Assembly: GCA_016840085.1 (NCBI GenBank) | Contig: JAEOTA010000073.1 | Coordinates: forward strand, 47,566 to 111,565 | Direction of reading: 5' to 3' | Length of the DNA: 64,000 nucleotides | From: Promethearchaeota archaeon | GTDB lineage: Archaea; Asgardarchaeota; Lokiarchaeia; Sigyniarchaeales; SOKP01 | Shown here: piece by piece, positions 31,227-41,565 of the stretch | Numbering within the stretch: position 1 is the first letter of the stretch | How the letters are laid out: each line of letters starts with the position of its first letter | Translations under genes and position numbers: made by a program | The notes under the pieces: model-generated | The model's input: the letters and a program-made list of their open reading frames with translations, nothing else | What the model was told of the DNA's origin: nothing | Database searches by the model: none

Positions 31227-32774
31227 CTATGTTGCAGCAATTCTTTTCGGATATTTTGTTTGGACCTTTAGATTTTCTCGTAATAACGTATTTACAAGTT
31301 CAAATCGTTTTTTTCTAAAATCTTTATCATTCCATAAATTATTTAATTCAAATGGATCATTTTTACGGTCAAAAATGTCTCCGAAATCATCTAAACCTTT
31401 ATAAATAGTTAATTTATGATCTTTAGTTATCAGATGTCGCAATCTTACATTGAGTATTCCAACCTCCTCATCATTTTCAATTAAACAATAGTCTCTTGGT
31501 TGAATTTCAAGATTTTCAGGTTCTTTTAAAACAGGAGTCATATCATACCCTTGCATATCAGATGGTTGATGGTGTTCCTTTATTCCTAATATTTTTAAGA
31601 GAGTTTTAGGATAATCAATAGAACTCATTAAGGCATCTGTAATTCCTGGTTTTGTAAGTTTTGGTACTTTCCATATCATAGGTACATGAAATACTCCCAT
31701 GTAAGTGGATGGTCCCTTGAAAAGCATACCATGTTCACCCATTAAATCACCATGATCACTAGTATAAACTACTATAGTATTATCCGCATATCCAAATTTT
31801 TCTAAAGCCGCTAAAATCTGTCCGATACTGTCATCAATTAATGAAAGGGTTCCATACGTATAAGCAATAAATTTTTTTGCCTCTTCTTCTGTTGTTTCTC
31901 TTAACATAGCTCCTGGCATTACATTAATATATGGTGCTAAGTACGGATGATTTCGCAAATTCTCAAGGTTATTAAAAGATTTAGGTAATTCGATTTCATC
32001 AGGTTTGTACATATCCTTATATTTTCCAGGAGGCCAAACTGGTTGATGTGGGTCAGGAAAAGAACAATGAACATAAAATGGTTTATTACCATAATCTCCA
32101 TTCATATGTCTTTCTAAAAAGGCAATAGTTCGTTCTGTTACATAAGCACTGGAATAGAGCTCTACTGGTAATTCATGTTGAGTAAAAACAGAAAAAAACT
32201 TATCAATGTTTTTCCATCTTTCTCGCATTCTTTTAGCATGTTGGGAGGATCTTTCCTCTAACCAATCCATATAATGACCACATAAACATGCTCCATGGCC
32301 TAATACCATTTCGACTTCTCGATATCCATAATATGGAATTGGAAACTTTTCTAATACAGGATAATCCCCTTCTTGAGGGAACACCCAATCTTGAAAGTGT
32401 TCAGAAGATTTGGGATAAGGTTTATTTGGTGCTACATTAAATTGATGATGCAATTTTCCAAATGCAGCAGTGTGCCACCCTCTTTTATTAAGAGTCTGAG
32501 TAATGGTCGGGATATTTTTAGATAAAATCATTCCATTACTTCGCACTCCATGGACATTAGGATATAATCCCGTTAATAATGTTGCTCTATTCGGCATACA
32601 CATAGGATTTGTGCAGAATGAATTAATGAAATGTACACCTTCATTCGATAATCTGTCAAGATTTGGCGTTTTTAACACAGGATTTCCTGAGCACCCCATA
32701 TGGTCATATCTTTGTTGGTCAGTTATTATAAATAAAACATTCATTCTTTCACTCATAATAGCCAAGAATCTCAT
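31227..32774 (-). CDS. formylglycine-dependent sulfatase
   Basis: TDQQR, CMPNRATLLTG (CxPxR), GKLH, PDPH, SDHG. Confidence 0.93.
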   Translation of the reverse strand: MRFLAIMSERMNVLFIITDQQRYDHMGCSGNPVLKTPNLDRLSNEGVHFINSFCTNPMCMPNRATLLTGLYPNVHGVRSNGMILSKNIPTITQTLNKRGWHTAAFGKLHHQFNVAPNKPYPKSSEHFQDWVFPQEGDYPVLEKFPIPYYGYREVEMVLGHGACLCGHYMDWLEERSSQHAKRMRERWKNIDKFFSVFTQHELPVELYSSAYVTERTIAFLERHMNGDYGNKPFYVHCSFPDPHQPVWPPGKYKDMYKPDEIELPKSFNNLENLRNHPYLAPYINVMPGAMLRETTEEEAKKFIAYTYGTLSLIDDSIGQILAALEKFGYADNTIVVYTSDHGDLMGEHGMLFKGPSTYMGVFHVPMIWKVPKLTKPGITDALMSSIDYPKTLLKILGIKEHHQPSDMQGYDMTPVLKEPENLEIQPRDYCLIENDEEVGILNVRLRHLITKDHKLTIYKGLDDFGDIFDRKNDPFELNNLWNDKDFRKKRFELVNTLLRENLKVQTKYPKRIAAT

Positions 32775-32809
32775 TTATGTTTTAAATTAATATTATAATT
32801 ACAAACTGG

Positions 32810-34345
32810 TTATGTGCCTGCTATTCTTTTAGGATAATAACTTTGAGCTTTAAGATTTTCTTGTAATAATTTATTAACGAGTTCAAATCGCTTATTTCTG
32901 AAATTTTTATCATACCATAAATTATTCAATTCATAAGGATCAATTTTACGGTCATAAATGTCACCGAAATCATTTAAACTTTCATAAATCGTTAATTTAT
33001 AATCCTCAGTAATAAGGTGTCGTAATCTAGCTTCAAGAGGACCTACTTCCTCATCATTTTCAATGAAGACACAATCTCTTACTTTCTTATTAGGATCCTT
33101 TAAGATTTGAGTAACATCACATCCTTGCATATCAAAAGGGTGGCGTCTTTCCTTTATTCCAAGAAGATTTAAAATTGTTTTTGGGTAATCAATAGAACTT
33201 ACTAATGAATCTGATACGCCTCCTGGTTTTGTTAATCCTGGTACCTTCCATATTAGGGGGAGTTGTAAAATACCATTAAAAGGACAGGGTCCTTTAAATA
33301 AAAGACCATGGTCTCCCATTAAATCTCCATGATCACTCATAAAAATAACGATTGTATTATCCGAATATCCTAATTTTCCTAATGCCGCTAAAATCTGACC
33401 TATACTATAATCTACATATGTTATTGCGGCATAAGTTAATGCTGTAATTTTGCGAATTTCCTCCTCATTTGATTCGCGTAAAAAAGCTTTTTTAAATGGG
33501 GGATGTTTTAAATGATAACCTAAAAATTCATGATTGTACAAATTGTTTATATCATCAAAATTAGCGGGTAACTCTATATCTTCTGGTTTATACATATCTT
33601 GAAATTCATCAGGTGGGTATAATGGATAATGAGGATCTGGAAATGAACAATGCAAATAAAATGGTTTATTCCCATATTTTCCTTGAGAATGTCTTTCGAG
33701 GAAGGCTAATGTCCTTTCCTTAACCCATGTAGTACTATATAGCTCTGTGGGTATAGGTTCACAGAAAAGACTAAATAGATTATCATAATTTTGAACTCTA
33801 ATCTTCATTTCTTCAGCAATTTTTGGAGCTTTTTCTTCTAACCATTGTATATAATGTCCAGCACATACAGTACCATTTCCAGAGATCAGCTCAACTTCCT
33901 CATACCCATAATAAGGTGATGGAAAGTTTCCTCTAACAGGGTAACTTTTATCTTTTTTTAAAGCCCAATCAGTTAAACACTCTGCAGATCTATTTTTATG
34001 TTTAAATGGACCTAGCCAATATTGATGATGTACTTTTCCAATTGCCTTTGTATACCATCCTTTTTTCTTAAGAGTTTGAATAATTGTAGGAATATCTTGC
34101 CGTAGATTTATCCCATTACTTCTTACTCCATGTACATTTGGATACACTCCTGTAATCAAAGTTGCTCTATTGGGCATACAAATAGGATTAGTACAGAAGT
34201 GATTGGTAAATCTAACACCTTCTTTAGCTAATTTATCAAGGTTAGGTGTTTTCACAACCGGATTACCCGCACAACTCATATGGTCGGCGCGTTGGGCATC
34301 CGTTATGATGAATAATACATTCATTTTTTCGCTCATATAAATCAA
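32810..34345 (-). CDS. formylglycine-dependent sulfatase (tandem paralog)
   Basis: TDAQR, CMPNRATLITG, GKVH, PDPH, SDHG. Confidence 0.93.
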   Translation of the reverse strand: MIYMSEKMNVLFIITDAQRADHMSCAGNPVVKTPNLDKLAKEGVRFTNHFCTNPICMPNRATLITGVYPNVHGVRSNGINLRQDIPTIIQTLKKKGWYTKAIGKVHHQYWLGPFKHKNRSAECLTDWALKKDKSYPVRGNFPSPYYGYEEVELISGNGTVCAGHYIQWLEEKAPKIAEEMKIRVQNYDNLFSLFCEPIPTELYSTTWVKERTLAFLERHSQGKYGNKPFYLHCSFPDPHYPLYPPDEFQDMYKPEDIELPANFDDINNLYNHEFLGYHLKHPPFKKAFLRESNEEEIRKITALTYAAITYVDYSIGQILAALGKLGYSDNTIVIFMSDHGDLMGDHGLLFKGPCPFNGILQLPLIWKVPGLTKPGGVSDSLVSSIDYPKTILNLLGIKERRHPFDMQGCDVTQILKDPNKKVRDCVFIENDEEVGPLEARLRHLITEDYKLTIYESLNDFGDIYDRKIDPYELNNLWYDKNFRNKRFELVNKLLQENLKAQSYYPKRIAGT

Positions 34346-34398
34346 ACAATAGAATTGTATGAAATTTAAATACTAAAAACATTCTTTCTTGTATCAAA

Positions 34399-35502
34399 TT
34401 AATCATTTATATGTTTTTCTGTTATGTAAATATTTCTTTTTTCAAGTTCCTTTTTCATTTGTTCAATATTTAGATCGGGGCAACCTTCTGGTGGGAATAC
34501 ACCATAAGATTTAATATCTTTATTAAGAATCATTTGAGTTATTATGGAAGCAGGTATTGAGGTTAGTTTAGCAACTGGTCCAATAACTGTATATGATAAG
34601 TGCAAATCTTTCTGATTTTTTGAACCGATAACATCACTCCTAAAAGATGAAAGTATTTCTCTTTCTTCAACATTACCAGTTATAAGAGGAAAAATTCTCA
34701 AAAAGAATTTTACAACTAATTTCATAATTTTTATATCTTTTATCAAAATTAGCCTATCAAGGATTTTTGTTAAGAGAATATCTGATTCTGGTAAAACACC
34801 ACCCTTACAGATCGCTTCATTTGTATCTATATATCGAGGGATGGTTACAGGTTCAGGGTGACCAACGTAATACAAAGGGATCGATCCTAATGGTTTAGGA
34901 AATTCTACAACCTCTCTATCTGTTAGAGCTTTAATATTAACCCATTTTCCGTTGATAAATTGTGGAACTTTCCCCATTGCAATATGAGCCCAATGTGCGA
35001 GTTGTCCAAAACCAATTGTTTCCCCAGTATCCTCAAACCATAAAATTCTTACAGAACTAACTTTACCTAATTGATCTGCGCCCATCTTTGCCATAATATT
35101 TGTCAGTCCCGCAGATGCTCCAGAGTTAATAAAGAAAGTTAAATTTTCACGCTCAACAATCTTATTCTTATTCAAGAACATCAAGGTTGCATCATGGTCA
35201 TCGCATATATCAACATAATTTATTCCTGCTTGAATAGTAGCTTTTGGGATCCAATCACCGAACATATAATATGGACCAATATTGTTGACGACTACTTCAT
35301 AATTCTTAAGCACTTCTACTAAACTATCAAAATCCATAACGTCTAATTTCTGAAATGATGCTCTGCTTCCTAATTTCTTTGCAAGGTGTTTCCCTTCTGA
35401 CTCTCTTATATCCGCTAAAACAACATCAAAACCACTCTTAACAAGATCTAAGGCAATATACCTCCCTATCTCTCCACATGCGCCTAAAATAATGATACTC
35501 AT
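34399..35502 (-). CDS. saccharopine dehydrogenase family oxidoreductase
   Basis: IILGACGEIG, NNIGPY, YVDICDD, GASAGLTN, HPEP, GVFPPE. Confidence 0.88.
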   Translation of the reverse strand: MSIIILGACGEIGRYIALDLVKSGFDVVLADIRESEGKHLAKKLGSRASFQKLDVMDFDSLVEVLKNYEVVVNNIGPYYMFGDWIPKATIQAGINYVDICDDHDATLMFLNKNKIVERENLTFFINSGASAGLTNIMAKMGADQLGKVSSVRILWFEDTGETIGFGQLAHWAHIAMGKVPQFINGKWVNIKALTDREVVEFPKPLGSIPLYYVGHPEPVTIPRYIDTNEAICKGGVLPESDILLTKILDRLILIKDIKIMKLVVKFFLRIFPLITGNVEEREILSSFRSDVIGSKNQKDLHLSYTVIGPVAKLTSIPASIITQMILNKDIKSYGVFPPEGCPDLNIEQMKKELEKRNIYITEKHIND

Positions 35503-35903
35503 TTTTTTACCTCAATATTATTTTTCTTCAATATTATACCTTGTTTAACCAATAATATGAATATAAATATTGACCATAACAAATCATAAGGAAGGGCAAT
35601 TAATAGAATTATAAAGAATTCAGGGTAAATAAGCAGACTTAATATTCCACATACAATCATTATAATGCGAATAAGAATATTTACAAGTGGAATAATTGCA
35701 TATTTCTCTACATCCCTTGATGAATAAATCAATAAAATCCCATAACCAAACAAGAAAACTCCTGCCATTTGTGTAAAAATAGGGATGATTTCAAACCCTA
35801 CTTGTTCAAGATAAAAATCTAATACCATAAATAACAATCCTATGACAATTTCGACAACTCCACCAAAAATTAATAGAATTTTTAGAATTTTATGAGAATT
35901 CAT
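35499..35903 (-). CDS. small 4-TM membrane protein
   Basis: Four hydrophobic segments; ATGA overlap with the downstream gene. Confidence 0.7.
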   Translation of the reverse strand: MNSHKILKILLIFGGVVEIVIGLLFMVLDFYLEQVGFEIIPIFTQMAGVFLFGYGILLIYSSRDVEKYAIIPLVNILIRIIMIVCGILSLLIYPEFFIILLIALPYDLLWSIFIFILLVKQGIILKKNNIEVKK

Positions 35904-36038
35904 AATTTTTTATTAATTACTCTTACTTTTTAACAATTTTTAAAGGAATAATCAATGCATTTAAATTCTTAATAAATTATTAAAAAAGTAATTAAATATT
36001 CATGATTATATCGTTAAAACTTTATTAAGCAAAATTGG

Positions 36039-37376
36039 ATGATGGAAATTCATACTAACAATAAGTTAAAACAAAATTTGATTTCAATATTTTTTATACT
36101 CATCCTAATTCATCTTTCATTCTCTATTAAAGGGTATAATTTTAAATCTCAGGAATTAATTACTAAGGATCTAAAATGTTCAAGTAGTATTAGAGGAAAA
36201 AGCATAATTCTTATGATTGGTGATGGAATGGGTTTTGAACAATTAAAGCTTGCAAGATGGGTTGAAATTGGTAAAGATGATCGATTTTCAATGGAGAAAT
36301 TACCATTCCACCTCAATGTAACGACAAATAGTTCTGATAATTTAATAACAGATTCTGCTGCTGCTGCGACCGCAATGGCGACTGGTAACAAAACAAATAA
36401 TGGGATGCTTGCTATTTCACCGTTATTAGAACCTTTGGAAACGATTCTTGAAATTGCCCATCAGCTCGGAAAATCTACTGGAATTATAACTACTACTGCA
36501 TTAACTCATGCAACTCCTGCTGCTTTTATGACTCATGTAAAATCTAGATATAATACATCAGAGATATCTCGACAGATTGTAGAAAATTCAAATGTTAGTA
36601 TTTTATTAGGAGGAGGGAAAGATTACTTTTCAGCATCGCAATTATTGCAGTTAGAAATGAAAGGATACCATTTATTGGAGAATCGTTCTCAACTTATTAG
36701 TACAAATTATAGTAATCTTATTGGATTATTCGCACCTACCCATCTACCTTACGAAATTGAAAGGAATCCAGAGATTAGTCCATCATTGTCTGATATGACG
36801 ATAAAAGCTTTAGAAATACTTTCTCAAGATCCTGAGGGCTTTTTTCTACTAGTTGAGGGGGGAAGAATCGATCATGGCGGACATAAGAATAATAAAACTA
36901 ATGTAGCTTTAGAAACAATTGAATTTCATTATGCTGTAAATACAGCTATCTCATACTCTAAGACAAATGGTAATGTTTTATTATTAATAACTTCTGATCA
37001 TGAAACAGGTGGTTTAACGATTTTAAATGATACATTAACCAATAATATCCCCACATCCAATAAAAACGCTGAAGAAAATAGATTAATAAGAATTGAAAGG
37101 ATTAATAATATCTCTGTTAGTTGGACTACTACATGTCATACTAATCAGGATGTACCCTTTTTTGGATATAGAACAGATTTCTATGGACTTAATAATCTAT
37201 CTATCATTGATAATACTGAGCTTTTTAATATAATGAAAGCTTATTTCTCTATTACACTTGTTAATGATTCAAATTCTTTAATTGAACTAATAATAGGTGT
37301 AGTAATAGCAGGTTTTACAACTACAATATTTGTAATAATCTATTTATGGAAAAAAAAGAAAAAATTAAGAGGTTAG
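36039..37376 (+). CDS. phoA: alkaline phosphatase (PhoA family), N-terminal signal and C-terminal TM anchor
   Basis: IGDGMG, DSAAAATA, HATPA, EGGRIDHGGH, SDHETGG; C-terminal hydrophobic helix followed by KKKKK. Confidence 0.92.
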   Translation: MMEIHTNNKLKQNLISIFFILILIHLSFSIKGYNFKSQELITKDLKCSSSIRGKSIILMIGDGMGFEQLKLARWVEIGKDDRFSMEKLPFHLNVTTNSSDNLITDSAAAATAMATGNKTNNGMLAISPLLEPLETILEIAHQLGKSTGIITTTALTHATPAAFMTHVKSRYNTSEISRQIVENSNVSILLGGGKDYFSASQLLQLEMKGYHLLENRSQLISTNYSNLIGLFAPTHLPYEIERNPEISPSLSDMTIKALEILSQDPEGFFLLVEGGRIDHGGHKNNKTNVALETIEFHYAVNTAISYSKTNGNVLLLITSDHETGGLTILNDTLTNNIPTSNKNAEENRLIRIERINNISVSWTTTCHTNQDVPFFGYRTDFYGLNNLSIIDNTELFNIMKAYFSITLVNDSNSLIELIIGVVIAGFTTTIFVIIYLWKKKKKLRG

Positions 37377-37973
37377 CTTCTTAAGCAAATAAGCAAAATT
37401 TTTCCCTAGATTTTGAAAAGTTTCTATCCCTTCTTCGTCATTCTCGAAATATTCTGGATCTGATACCTTTGGGTTTACCCCTAGATTCCAATAGCTGGAG
37501 CCAACGATGAACATCTGATTAATTCCAAAGAAATAATTAATACTCGAATAAACATGGGTGGCACCTGCTCGTCTTACAGAGACTACGGCAGCACCAGCTT
37601 TATGTTTTAAAAGGTCACCATTAACTTTACTAACAAGTCCAGCCCTCTCGATCAAAGCTTTCATTCTTGCTGTAGTGTCTGCAAAGTATGTTGGTGATCC
37701 TAATATTATTCCATCAGCTTCAAGCATTTTTTCTAGATACTCATTTAATTTATCTGTTTTGACTGCACATCTCTTATCTTGATTCTGTGCGCAACGATAA
37801 CAAGAAATGCATCCTTGTATTTTGTCCATACCAATCCAAACATATTCACATTCAATTCCTGCAGCCTTTAATTCATCCATTACAATATTTAGGCATTTAT
37901 AGGTAACACCCTCTGGTCTAGGACTGCCATTAAATAGTACAACTTTCATATTTATTAACCAAGTATTTTTCAA
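37365..37973 (-). CDS. flavodoxin / iron-sulfur flavoprotein (NADPH-dependent FMN reductase family)
   Basis: NGSPR, CISCYRC..C, GSPTYF, RRAGA. Start is probably MKVVLF at 37949. Confidence 0.9.
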   Translation of the reverse strand: MKNTWLINMKVVLFNGSPRPEGVTYKCLNIVMDELKAAGIECEYVWIGMDKIQGCISCYRCAQNQDKRCAVKTDKLNEYLEKMLEADGIILGSPTYFADTTARMKALIERAGLVSKVNGDLLKHKAGAAVVSVRRAGATHVYSSINYFFGINQMFIVGSSYWNLGVNPKVSDPEYFENDEEGIETFQNLGKNFAYLLKKLTS

Positions 37974-38043
37974 TAATTATTTTAAGGCTTATAATCTTTT
38001 ATTCAATATTTTATTAATTAAAAATTTCGAAGAGGATACTAAA

Positions 38044-38607
38044 TTGGTAATGTTTTATTGGTTTGTTTGGATTGTAGGGAGTTTGATTTGTTTAATCATA
38101 TATGTCTTATATAGAATGGATTTTTTAGATAAATTCTATTGGAACTTATTTTGGATTGGATTTTTCCTTGGATTATGTTGGGAGTTACCATTGTCGCTTG
38201 CAAATGTAATGAATATATACCCCCCTGCTAGATTTATAACTCCAGTTCCATTACCAGAACCTTTTTCGTTTTTAATTATATCAATAACCCATAGTTTTTG
38301 GGATGGGGGCTTATTTTTACTTGGGGTATTGTTTGTTAACTTATTGTGTAAAGCACCTTATTTTGAAAAATTTAAAGCATGTGAGCTTAGTATTCTGATC
38401 ATTTATGGGCAGATATCGGAATTGATTGTGGAACTAATAAGTACTCTTAGTAATGGATGGGTATATAATGTATATTGGTGGAATCCTCGGTTATTTATCT
38501 TTAATGGACATAATATTACCTTATTACCTCAGATAATCTGGTTAATTGCTCCAGTTATATTTTATTTTCTTGCTATTAAACTAAAATCCACGTTTTCAAA
38601 CATTTAA
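38044..38607 (+). CDS. hypothetical membrane protein
   Basis: About 5 TMs with WE, HSFWDGG and E-containing helices. Confidence 0.7.
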   Translation: MVMFYWFVWIVGSLICLIIYVLYRMDFLDKFYWNLFWIGFFLGLCWELPLSLANVMNIYPPARFITPVPLPEPFSFLIISITHSFWDGGLFLLGVLFVNLLCKAPYFEKFKACELSILIIYGQISELIVELISTLSNGWVYNVYWWNPRLFIFNGHNITLLPQIIWLIAPVIFYFLAIKLKSTFSNI

Positions 38608-38647
38608 TTACTTATGTTTAAACAAATAAAATTAAAAAAAAAAGAGT

Positions 38648-39382
38648 TTATTTATTTCTTAGAAAAAGTTTTTCCATCCATTGCGGTAATATAAAGCCAC
38701 CATAAAACTCAATTGAGCTTGATATCAATATGAGTCTTGCTATTATTAAGATTGCAATTGATATGCCGCTTAAAATTTCTAATAATGAACCAATTACAAA
38801 AGATAAGAAAGCAGCAAGCAGTAATTTTCCTTTTAATTTGATCTCAGGAGTATCAGACTTTAATGATTCACGTGCAAACAAGATTCCAGACACCAAAACA
38901 AGGATTACAAGAAAAATCTGGTAAATAGTTACAAATAATTCATATTCAGCGTCAACTGGACTTGTTACTGTCCCTACTAAATTATAATCAGTAAAAAGCA
39001 ATGTAAATAATGCAATTTCAAATAGTACTCCACTAATGCCAACTATTAATAAAATAGTTTTTTTCTTATCCCTATAGAGGAGATCTGTGAAAGCATCCAT
39101 CCAAATAAAGGCTGTAATTGGAAGTGGGACAGCACCGATTATAAAATAATATGGAGGAGCAGACATATAACCATCTCCGCCTGTTATGAGGGCAACTAAA
39201 AAAGAAGAGGAACTCGCATACCACGATGAGACAATACCAAGCCAAACAAGTCCTACAAGTAGTACTGTTCTGTTTTTGGATTTAGGATATTTCGAGAGAA
39301 TTATAAAGCCTATTATTACAGAAATAACAGCAAATATTAGACTAAACACTCCGTTTAAAATATGATCTGGAGTTAGTACCAT
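38648..39382 (-). CDS. hypothetical 7-TM membrane protein
   Basis: Seven hydrophobic segments; C-terminal GF.LP.W. Confidence 0.75.
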   Translation of the reverse strand: MVLTPDHILNGVFSLIFAVISVIIGFIILSKYPKSKNRTVLLVGLVWLGIVSSWYASSSSFLVALITGGDGYMSAPPYYFIIGAVPLPITAFIWMDAFTDLLYRDKKKTILLIVGISGVLFEIALFTLLFTDYNLVGTVTSPVDAEYELFVTIYQIFLVILVLVSGILFARESLKSDTPEIKLKGKLLLAAFLSFVIGSLLEILSGISIAILIIARLILISSSIEFYGGFILPQWMEKLFLRNK

Positions 39383-39507
39383 ATTTATTTACCTTTTTTT
39401 TAATATTGGAAAAATTAAGTTTACTAAATAAAATTAAACAAGGAAAAAATAAATAATCTTATATCACGCATCTATTAATTATATATAAAGGAAGATAACT
39501 AAAATCT

Positions 39508-40761
39508 TTGAGTCTAACTATGGATAATCTCCCTGAGTTACTTGCCCCCGTTCAAGATTGGAATTCCTTAAAACTAATTGGTGGTTTGACTGATGCGATA
39601 TATTTTGGGGTAAAAGATTACAATATGAGGTTAAAAGCAAAAAATTTTGATAGGAATGATTTGAAAAAAGTAGCTGAACTTTGTCATAGTCAAAAATCGC
39701 CTATAAAAGTATATTTAGCTACAAATATTTTAATTTATGACTCAGAATTACAAGATTTAGAAAATTTGATATCTGAAGCTAAAGATGCTGGAATTGATGC
39801 CGTTATTGCTCACGATCTAGCAACGATTCAAATTGCTAAACGAAATAATATTGATTTTCATGTATCAACACAAGTGAATGTTTCCAATATAGAATCGGCT
39901 AAGTTCTATGAAGAACTTGGTGCTGGTAGGATAATATTAGCAAGAGAATTATCACTTAAGCAAATTAATTTGATAAAACATCTGTTAAATAAAACTAAAA
40001 TTGAATGCTTTGTGCACGGCTCAATGTGTACTTCAATTTCAGGGAGATGCTATTTTTCAGCCACAATTTGTGACTCAGAAGAATATTCTGCTAATCGAGG
40101 TAATTGTGTTCAACCTTGTCGAAGAGAATGGAGAGTATTTGATGATGCGAATAATGAATTTATTTATGATGGGCAAATGTTTTTAAATTCAAAGGATCTC
40201 TGTATGATCGAATATATACCCGAGCTTATTAACGCCAATATTGATGCTTTTAAGATTGAAGGAAGAATGAAAGATCCCATTTATGTTAAAACTGTTACTG
40301 AATGTTATAGAGAAGCAATTGATAGCTATTTCAATGAAACTTACACTCAAGAAAAAGTAAGATATTGGCTAGAACGGTTATCAAAAGTATATAATAGAGG
40401 TTTTCATACAGGGTTTTATTTTAAAAAACCTACAATTGAAGATGTTGAATTAAATAAAAGAGGAAATGTTTCTCACTATAAAAAACACTATTTAGGGAAA
40501 ATTCTCTCGTATGATAAAAATAGCAAATCTGCAAATGTTTTACTAGAAAGTTTAGAACACCCTTTAAAATTAGGGGATGAAATCATTATCACAGGAGAGA
40601 ATCGTTATTACATTGAGACGATAAGAAAAATGATATATAAGGGTGAGAAAATCAAGAGTATTGTGAGAAAGAGCTATAGCGATCCCGTAAGAATTAATTT
40701 ACGTTTAAATAAAGAAGTTGAACCGAACGATAAAGTTTATATCATTTCGAAAAAAAAATAA
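39508..40761 (+). CDS. U32 family protein (TrhP/RlhA-like tRNA/rRNA hydroxylation)
   Basis: [44 protein letters not shown]. Confidence 0.92.
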   Translation: MSLTMDNLPELLAPVQDWNSLKLIGGLTDAIYFGVKDYNMRLKAKNFDRNDLKKVAELCHSQKSPIKVYLATNILIYDSELQDLENLISEAKDAGIDAVIAHDLATIQIAKRNNIDFHVSTQVNVSNIESAKFYEELGAGRIILARELSLKQINLIKHLLNKTKIECFVHGSMCTSISGRCYFSATICDSEEYSANRGNCVQPCRREWRVFDDANNEFIYDGQMFLNSKDLCMIEYIPELINANIDAFKIEGRMKDPIYVKTVTECYREAIDSYFNETYTQEKVRYWLERLSKVYNRGFHTGFYFKKPTIEDVELNKRGNVSHYKKHYLGKILSYDKNSKSANVLLESLEHPLKLGDEIIITGENRYYIETIRKMIYKGEKIKSIVRKSYSDPVRINLRLNKEVEPNDKVYIISKKK

Positions 40762-40772
40762 TTAGATTTATT

Positions 40773-41447
40773 ATGAATTTCGAGGAGAAAAAAAAGAGAC
40801 TAGTTGAAAGCCTGAAAAATCGAGATATTTTATCTAAGCCAAAAGTAATTCAGGCTATGTTAACTGTTCCAAGGCATAAATTCGTACCTAAAGATGCAGA
40901 ATCTTCGGCTTATATGGATACTCCTCTATTAATTGGAGCAGGACAAACAATTAGTGCTCCTCACATGAATGCTATGATGTGTGAATATCTTGAATTAAAA
41001 GAAGGAGACAAAGTTTTAGAGATCGGAACAGGGTCTGGATATCATGCTGCTTTATGTGCTGAATTAGTTGCCCCAAAAGATTCAAAAAATCCGGGTCATG
41101 TATATACAATTGAACGACATTTAAAACTAGTGAAAAATGCAAAAAAGAGCCTTAAAGAATCAGATTATGAAAATATTGTAACGGTAATTCATGGAGATGG
41201 CACATTAGGATACCCAGAACAAGCTCCTTTTGATAAGATATTAGTAACTGCTGCTTCTCCTAAGAAAATTCCCCCACCATTGCAAGAACAATTAAAAGAT
41301 GGTGGTATCCTTTGTATTCCTGCAGGATCCCATAGCTTTGGGCAAAATCTTTATATCATTAAGAAACATGGAAAGGATTTTGATAGAACCAGAATAACAG
41401 GGGTGAGATTTGTTCCGTTAATAGGGAAATATGGTTTTGAAACCTAA
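40773..41447 (+). CDS. pcm: protein-L-isoaspartate O-methyltransferase
   Basis: [43 protein letters not shown]. Confidence 0.95.
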   Translation: MNFEEKKKRLVESLKNRDILSKPKVIQAMLTVPRHKFVPKDAESSAYMDTPLLIGAGQTISAPHMNAMMCEYLELKEGDKVLEIGTGSGYHAALCAELVAPKDSKNPGHVYTIERHLKLVKNAKKSLKESDYENIVTVIHGDGTLGYPEQAPFDKILVTAASPKKIPPPLQEQLKDGGILCIPAGSHSFGQNLYIIKKHGKDFDRTRITGVRFVPLIGKYGFET

Positions 41448-41565
41448 GCTTAAAAAAATAATTGATGATCTAATTCTTAAGATTGAAATTCATTCAAATA
41501 TTTAAGAATTTATATAAAATTTTGAAGTATTATCAATTAATATTAATTCAGAGTCTGAAATAGGA

